Of a DNA stretch of 22,080 bases, positions 17,342-22,080 are shown piece after piece. The notes under the pieces are model-generated. The model was not told where the DNA came from and did no database searches. It worked only from the letters and a program-made list of their open reading frames with translations. Position 1 is the stretch's first letter; every line of letters starts with the position of its first letter. Origin of the DNA: Bacteriovoracaceae bacterium (lineage in GTDB: Bacteria > Bdellovibrionota > Bacteriovoracia > Bacteriovoracales > Bacteriovoracaceae); NCBI GenBank assembly GCA_041586955.1, contig JBFGZE010000056.1:1-22080 (forward strand), given 5' to 3'. The position numbers were made by a program, and so were the translations under genes.

Positions 17342-19668
17342 ACCTTCTCAATCTTTATGGCGCATTTTTTATAATCGGGTTGCTTTGAAATCGGGCAATA
17401 GGCGTCGATTGTTAAATCATTAATAAGGTATTTTTCATCAAAAAATGGCACGAAGACATGACCTTCCTGTGGCCTACCACGGCCATTCACCTGGGCCTTC
17501 ATGATAATACTACCTCGGCGACTCGTTATTTTAATTTTGTCGCCAGTTCGTACCATCATTCTTTTGGCATCAGCAGGGTGAAGTTCAACATAGGACTCGG
17601 GAACAGCTTGGTGTAAAACTGGAATCCTTCTTGTCATTGATCCTGTATGCCAATGTTCGATTACTCGGCCAGTATTGAGAATAAAGGGATAGTCTTTGTC
17701 TGGTGGTTCTGGCATCTCCTCAAAGGGGCGTAAAAAGATCCACGCTTTATGGTCGGGTTTACCATAAAAATCGAAACCTTTGCCTTTGGCCGCAGGATCG
17801 TATTTAGCATGATAACGCCAACGAGTTTCTTGTCCGTCGACAAAAGGCCAACGAACTCCGGGTCTCTCTTTGAGAAGTTGGTAAGGTGCCATATTATGCT
17901 TTTTGCCTGCATGAAATAAACGGTATTCTTCCCATATCTTTTCGATATGATTTTTTTTATCCCATGGGAATAATTCCCCATGGCCCATACGTTTCGCCAC
18001 TTCAATCATAGTCCAAGCATCACTAATGGCATCACCTGGAGGTTCGACCAATTGATCAAAATGCTGAGTTCGCCGTTCTGAGTTGCCAAACATTCCCTCT
18101 CGTTCAATCCATAAGGCGGAGGGAAGAATGACATCGGCAATGTCAGTGGTAGGAGTGGGATAAATATCTGAGACCACAATAAAACGATCTTCTTTTTGGG
18201 CAGCTTCCCGGTAGCGGTTAAGATGGGGCATGGTGACCATGGGGTTAGTCACTTGAATCCACATGAATTTAATTTCACCGCGGTCAAGTGCCCGAAACAT
18301 CGATACTGTATGATGAGATGGTTTCGGTGAAATGTTTGATTCTGGTACTTTCCAAATTTTGGCGGCCATTTCGCGATCTTTCTTATTCGTTACGACACCA
18401 TGGGGGAGCTTATGGGTGAGCGTTCCGACTTCTCTTACTGTCCCGCAGGCACTTGGTTGGCCGGTTAAAGAAAACGGGCCATTTCCTGGAGTTGATATTT
18501 TACCGACAAGAAGGTGGATATTATAAACTAAATTATTGATCCATGTTCCACGAGTATGCTGGTTCATCCCCATGCACCAAAACGAGGTGACCTTTTTCTG
18601 TGGGTCACCATAGAGAGAGGCGAGGTAGCGAATGTCCTTTGCAGGGACGCCAGAGATATTTTCAACTTTCTCAGGAGTATAGTCCTTTAGAAAGTTTTTA
18701 TATTCATCTAAAGAAGAAGACTTGACTTCATCTTTGAAGTTAAATTTTTCTTCTAGGCCGTAACCTATATTGGTTTTACCAGTTTTAAAGGAACAATGGT
18801 TTTTAATAAACTCTGGATTTTCCCAACCATTTCGTAAAATTTCAAAACAAATGGCATTGGCGATCGCCAAGTCTGTTTGTGGTTTAAATAGAATGGACTT
18901 ATCGGCAGCATAACTTGTTCTTGTTGTTCTCGTTGCCAAGTCTATAATTTTAACTTTTTTATTCTTATATTTTCGATCGAGCATACGAGAGAAAAGTACT
19001 GGGTGCATCTCGGCCATATTATTACCCCATAGGACAAAGACATCGGCATAATCGATATCTTCATAGCAGCCCATGGGTTCGTCGAGGCCAAAGGTGGTCA
19101 TGAATCCCGTCACAGCGCTGGACATACAAAGTCTAGCATTGGCCTCTAGGTTGTTTGAGCCAATTGCGCCCTTCATAAATTTAGAGGCGACATAACCGTC
19201 TGGAATAGTCCATTGGCCACTACCGTAAATAGAAACAGCATCTTTACCATGTTTCGCAATTGTTTCTTTCATTTTTTTGGCAACAAGGTCCAGCGCTTCC
19301 CCTAAGGGGACTTCTACCATCTTACCATTCTTGCGCACCTGAGCTTTTTTGATCCGGTCTTTACCGTAGAGGACTTGGATCGAGTGATACCCTTTGACGC
19401 AGCAAAGTCCTTTATTGACAGGGGAGTCGGGATCACCCTTAACTGCTGTCGCCTTCCCATCTTTAATTCCAACAAGAAGGCCACATCCCACCCCACAAAA
19501 ACGGCACGGTGTCTTCTTCCATTGTAGATCTTGGTCATTTTTTAGTTTTTGTTCATCAGCGAATAAAACTCCTGGAACAAGTCCCTTGGCGACGAGGAGG
19601 GCCGAAGCGAATGCCATATTTTTAATGAAATCACGACGGTCAATTTGAGTTAAGTCTTCAGGCCTCAT
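17338..19668 (-). CDS. napA: Periplasmic nitrate reductase catalytic subunit NapA (Mo-bisPGD, [4Fe-4S])
   Basis: Tat signal DRRDFIK, Fe-S motif CRFCGVGC..CCVKG, Mo ligand NARLCMSSA, PFSLTGQPSACG, TGRVIEHWHTGSMTRR and C-terminal PISKQPDYKKCA. Start revised to ATG 19668 (776 aa), overlapping the napD stop (TAATG), with GGAG SD. Confidence 0.95.
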   Translation of the reverse strand: MRPEDLTQIDRRDFIKNMAFASALLVAKGLVPGVLFADEQKLKNDQDLQWKKTPCRFCGVGCGLLVGIKDGKATAVKGDPDSPVNKGLCCVKGYHSIQVLYGKDRIKKAQVRKNGKMVEVPLGEALDLVAKKMKETIAKHGKDAVSIYGSGQWTIPDGYVASKFMKGAIGSNNLEANARLCMSSAVTGFMTTFGLDEPMGCYEDIDYADVFVLWGNNMAEMHPVLFSRMLDRKYKNKKVKIIDLATRTTRTSYAADKSILFKPQTDLAIANAICFEILRNGWENPEFIKNHCSFKTGKTNIGYGLEEKFNFKDEVKSSSLDEYKNFLKDYTPEKVENISGVPAKDIRYLASLYGDPQKKVTSFWCMGMNQHTRGTWINNLVYNIHLLVGKISTPGNGPFSLTGQPSACGTVREVGTLTHKLPHGVVTNKKDREMAAKIWKVPESNISPKPSHHTVSMFRALDRGEIKFMWIQVTNPMVTMPHLNRYREAAQKEDRFIVVSDIYPTPTTDIADVILPSALWIEREGMFGNSERRTQHFDQLVEPPGDAISDAWTMIEVAKRMGHGELFPWDKKNHIEKIWEEYRLFHAGKKHNMAPYQLLKERPGVRWPFVDGQETRWRYHAKYDPAAKGKGFDFYGKPDHKAWIFLRPFEEMPEPPDKDYPFILNTGRVIEHWHTGSMTRRIPVLHQAVPESYVELHPADAKRMMVRTGDKIKITSRRGSIIMKAQVNGRGRPQEGHVFVPFFDEKYLINDLTIDAYCPISKQPDYKKCAIKIEKV

Positions 19669-19922
19669 TATTTTTCTCCTCCATGATTGGAGTTGTCGGT
19701 GCTTTCTGCATAAACCAGTGTTAGGCAACTAAGAGAAGTTACTTTCTTTAAACTTTCTTGGAGGTGCTCTTCTTCGCAATCACTACCAGTGTCAGTGATA
19801 AGTATAATCATGTCTTCGTTGAGGGCCGCTCTCGCATCACAGGACGAGAGTTGATTGAGATCGGCAACTAATTGTTCCTTGCCGTTCTCGTTTGGATAAG
19901 CGATATAACTCATGATGGGCAT
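19668..19922 (-). CDS. napD: NapD-like signal-peptide chaperone for NapA
   Basis: 84 aa, small and acidic, NapD-like pattern (MPIMSY.., MIILITDT, LTLVY). Translationally coupled upstream of napA. GGAGG SD. Confidence 0.75.
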   Translation of the reverse strand: MPIMSYIAYPNENGKEQLVADLNQLSSCDARAALNEDMIILITDTGSDCEEEHLQESLKKVTSLSCLTLVYAESTDNSNHGGEK

Positions 19923-19973
19923 TCTTTCCTCCAGAGGTTCTCTTGCTAGTCTGGGCCAGGAGATGATTCTTGG

Positions 19974-19990
19974 CCATGATGTGGGTCAGG
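19974..19990. promoter_or_regulatory. Putative FNR/CRP-family binding site (proximal) for the nap operon
   Basis: CCATGATGTGGGTCAGG contains ATGAT-N4-GTCAG, resembling TTGAT-N4-ATCAA, centred about 60 nt upstream of napD. Confidence 0.55.
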
Positions 19991-20118
19991 TATTTTTGTG
20001 CTATTTTGTGGCCGTATTTTTATCGCATCCCGGGGAAATGCCATGCAACCTCTTGAGTTTGCGTTGCGTGTGAGTTCCCGAGCCTTTTTCTTTGTTTAGT
20101 GGGCCTGTCTTTATGTTG

Positions 20119-20135
20119 CCTGACTCCCATCATGG
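20119..20135. promoter_or_regulatory. Putative FNR/CRP-family binding site (distal), inverted copy of the proximal site
   Basis: CCTGACTCCCATCATGG matches the reverse complement of 19974-19990 at 15/17 positions; both mismatches fall in the central 4-nt spacer. Confidence 0.5.
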
Positions 20136-20200
20136 TTATTTTTCTGATCTAGGTTGTGACGCAGTCCCTGGCCTCAAATGGGGCCACGCCACATGAGCTT

Positions 20201-20752
20201 TTAGTTACGTGAGGGAAAGAGGCCATACAGACAAACGATATAATTCAATGATTGGTAAGGTTGAGCGTTATGAATTGGTCGATTTTCACCTTGAACCATC
20301 GTTTCTACTTCTGTTGTCACCACCTTAAGGGCCTTTACTTCTGCCAGGCCTGTCGCTAATTGGAGGGCATCATCTGTTTCGACTGCCGATGGAACTTGTA
20401 AAGAGATGGGGATATCAGGCATATGTCTCTGACTCAATTGAATATTTTCCTGGCCGCCCTTTTCGCCAAGTCTTTTCATGGAAAGTCCTGGGCCATTACC
20501 GGCACCTACGGGCACTCGACCACGTAAATCGGGAAGAGCAAAAGTGGTTCTCCCATCCCCACCATAGGTGGTACCTAATATGGCAAATAGGGCGTTATTT
20601 TGACTAATCGCCATTAATTGGCCATGTGCAAAGGCCCAATTGCGAGGAGCAAAATTTCCAGCAAACATTTTCACTTCACCGATAGTGCATTCTTGCGACC
20701 AAGCACTGGTTGAAATCATTAACATTAAAAGAATCAACTTGAAAAATTTCAT
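20201..20752 (-). CDS. Phage tail-collar domain (MdpB/microcystin-dependent-protein-like) protein with Sec signal peptide
   Basis: IGEVKMFAGNFAPRNWAF, LFAILGTTYGGDGRTTFALPDLRGR and C-terminal QPYQSLNYIVCLYGLFPSR. Signal peptide MKFFKLILLMLMISTSAWS. AGGAG SD. Confidence 0.88.
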   Translation of the reverse strand: MKFFKLILLMLMISTSAWSQECTIGEVKMFAGNFAPRNWAFAHGQLMAISQNNALFAILGTTYGGDGRTTFALPDLRGRVPVGAGNGPGLSMKRLGEKGGQENIQLSQRHMPDIPISLQVPSAVETDDALQLATGLAEVKALKVVTTEVETMVQGENRPIHNAQPYQSLNYIVCLYGLFPSRN

Positions 20753-20848
20753 AAGAGCTCCTTTTGTAATAGTAAAAAAATGTGAGAACGAACCTATTCA
20801 GCTCAAGAGAAGATACGGGGGGAAATATGCTCTTTTTTGGCATTGGAG

Positions 20849-21526
20849 TCAAGGAGACATGAGTAGGTCTTTTAAGGACCATTCGATTCCATATTTAAAG
20901 GGAGAAAAGAGAGGCCTTTTCAGTCCCGCCGCTTTAAGGCCATCAGCGGTCCATTGGTTACACGAGTAAAAGAGGTGGTAACTTCCTTTCGCTGCTAGAA
21001 AAAAATCACTGTCATAATAATTAAATGAAGAGTCGAGGAAGGGGAGTTTATCTTGGTTGAGTGAAAAGGAGTTTTTTATATAGGAGAGAAGTTGTTGATA
21101 GTTGTGGTGAGTTATTGATATTCGATACAGCTTCATATGAGAAGGCAATTCTGAAAGAAAGTTAATATGCATAACACTTGGAGTTTTCAAAAAGAGCGCC
21201 TTTAAAAGGACGCTTAGTTTTACTTTATCCCAAGTTTGGATATGATAAAAAAAACCTCTGTCCCCCCAACCAATGCTTATATATTTTGACTCGTTGATAA
21301 GATAAATTTTTTCTTTAGGAATAACTTTTTTCCAAGCAAAGAGATTATCTGTGAGGGGTAGAATAAATTCTGTATGAATTTGAGCAGAAGACAGATAAAT
21401 GACATCTTCCTCTTCTTGTCCTATGTTGCCTACTGTTAAAATAGAGCCGACCAGAGAAAGTGACCCATAAAAGAGGGTGAATAAAATAGGGAAACCGATA
21501 ATGAGAAAGTATAACCATTTTTTCAT
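20849..21526 (-). CDS. DUF2459 / TIGR02117-like conserved protein
   Basis: IHTEFILP, IGWGDRGFF, PSVMHI and GSYHLFYSCNQWT motifs. N-terminal TM segment. Confidence 0.8.
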   Translation of the reverse strand: MKKWLYFLIIGFPILFTLFYGSLSLVGSILTVGNIGQEEEDVIYLSSAQIHTEFILPLTDNLFAWKKVIPKEKIYLINESKYISIGWGDRGFFYHIQTWDKVKLSVLLKALFLKTPSVMHINFLSELPSHMKLYRISITHHNYQQLLSYIKNSFSLNQDKLPFLDSSFNYYDSDFFLAAKGSYHLFYSCNQWTADGLKAAGLKRPLFSPFKYGIEWSLKDLLMSP

Positions 21527-21578
21527 CCGATATCCTGTTTTTGCCGCGTTTTAATCAATCATAAATTTAAGTTTTGAT

Positions 21579-21827
21579 ATGAGTGCATTGATCCTATTGA
21601 GACATATCGTAAAGCAAGAAAAGTGTCCAGCCTACTCGGTATTGTGTGATAATTGTGGAAGGAAAAGGTTAATATATAATATGAGAATTATTTCCTCGAA
21701 AACTCATACTTTAGAAGCAAAATTACTAATGATAGACCATGTTTCAAACAAGGAGCTTTATTTTTATGAAGAAAGCGTCTTGGGGGATATTGTTGAAACG
21801 ATACAACTAAATGATATAAAATCATGA
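21579..21827 (+). CDS. Possible small hypothetical protein (true start may be ATG 21681)
   Basis: Only ORF in an otherwise empty AT-rich region, divergent from the DUF2459 gene. No recognisable motif. Confidence 0.25.
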   Translation: MSALILLRHIVKQEKCPAYSVLCDNCGRKRLIYNMRIISSKTHTLEAKLLMIDHVSNKELYFYEESVLGDIVETIQLNDIKS

Positions 21828-22080
21828 ATAAAAATGGTGTTGATTCAGTTGTCGGGGTTAGTTTCTTAATGAGTTTTTCAAAAATCGCCCACCACTAAGT
21901 TTAAGTTGTTAGATCCATGATTGATGCCAAAAATATTTGGCTTCTTCTTTTGATTATTTTTTTTTATAGGTACCTTAAATTATTTGAATTTGATTAACTC
22001 GGATCATTGCTTGTAGGTGAGATCTTATTATTAGTATAAGATTATGCTTAATTAAAGCGCTTGTTGTTGTACGTCTATAC

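Noticed and set aside
17338..19668. Alternative identity as formate dehydrogenase, assimilatory nitrate reductase or a selenoprotein
   Set aside because: Tat signal, NARLCM, GQPSACG and adjacent napD/napB indicate NapA; there is no in-frame TGA and the C-terminus is canonical.
19669..19728. ORF-track extension of NapA to 19728
   Set aside because: It overlaps napD; ATG 19668 gives a normal Tat n-region, an SD and TAATG coupling.
20169..20186. Hairpin TGGCCTCA-AA-TGGGGCCA as terminator of the tail-collar gene
   Set aside because: No U-tract follows on the minus strand and the stem has a C-A mismatch in that orientation.
19923..20200. Moco riboswitch or sigma54 promoter upstream of napD
   Set aside because: I could not match the Moco RNA consensus or a TGGCAC-N5-TTGC element on the coding strand; an Rfam scan would settle it.
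20201..20752. Prophage remnant
   Set aside because: No integrase, capsid, terminase or other tail genes, and the protein has a signal peptide.
447..20969. Many 60-140 aa antisense or alternative-frame ORFs (e.g. 514-702, 3045-3332, 12082-12423, 15769-16185, 20640-20969)
   Set aside because: Shadow ORFs within conserved genes with no recognisable motifs.
21828..22080. Possible gene end (minus strand ..IDVQQQAL stop near 22052) or small RNA in the AT-rich right end
   Set aside because: Too short and truncated by the window edge to support.
1..22080. CRISPR arrays, IS elements, tRNA/rRNA, defence systems
   Set aside because: No regularly spaced repeats, transposase, structural RNA signatures or recognisable defence genes were seen.

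Overview
An AT-rich bacterial chromosome segment (roughly 35-42% GC by eye) with about 20 protein-coding genes. I found no rRNA, tRNA, CRISPR array, transposase or prophage. The gene families hint at a Bdellovibrionota-like (Bacteriovoracaceae-like) host, which is inference only. Left to right: a maeB-ridA-DUF218 operon; a Na+/solute symporter directly under a TPP riboswitch whose aptamer contains the Shine-Dalgarno; a divergent oxyR; a trypsin-PPC lipoprotein protease; a YheT-type hydrolase; a secreted HExxH protein; a tandem GNAT; a lipoprotein cytochrome c; a ybhP-clsB pair; a six-gene nitrate-reductase operon; a signal-peptide-bearing tail-collar protein; and a DUF2459 protein. The standout is the nap operon: napD, napA, an internally duplicated tetraheme napB, a tetraheme lipoprotein, a DsrO/NrfC-like Fe-S protein and a DsrP-like NrfD-family membrane protein. 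It lacks napC and napGH, appears to use a DsrOP-like quinol-oxidising module instead, and is preceded by two FNR/CRP-like boxes.
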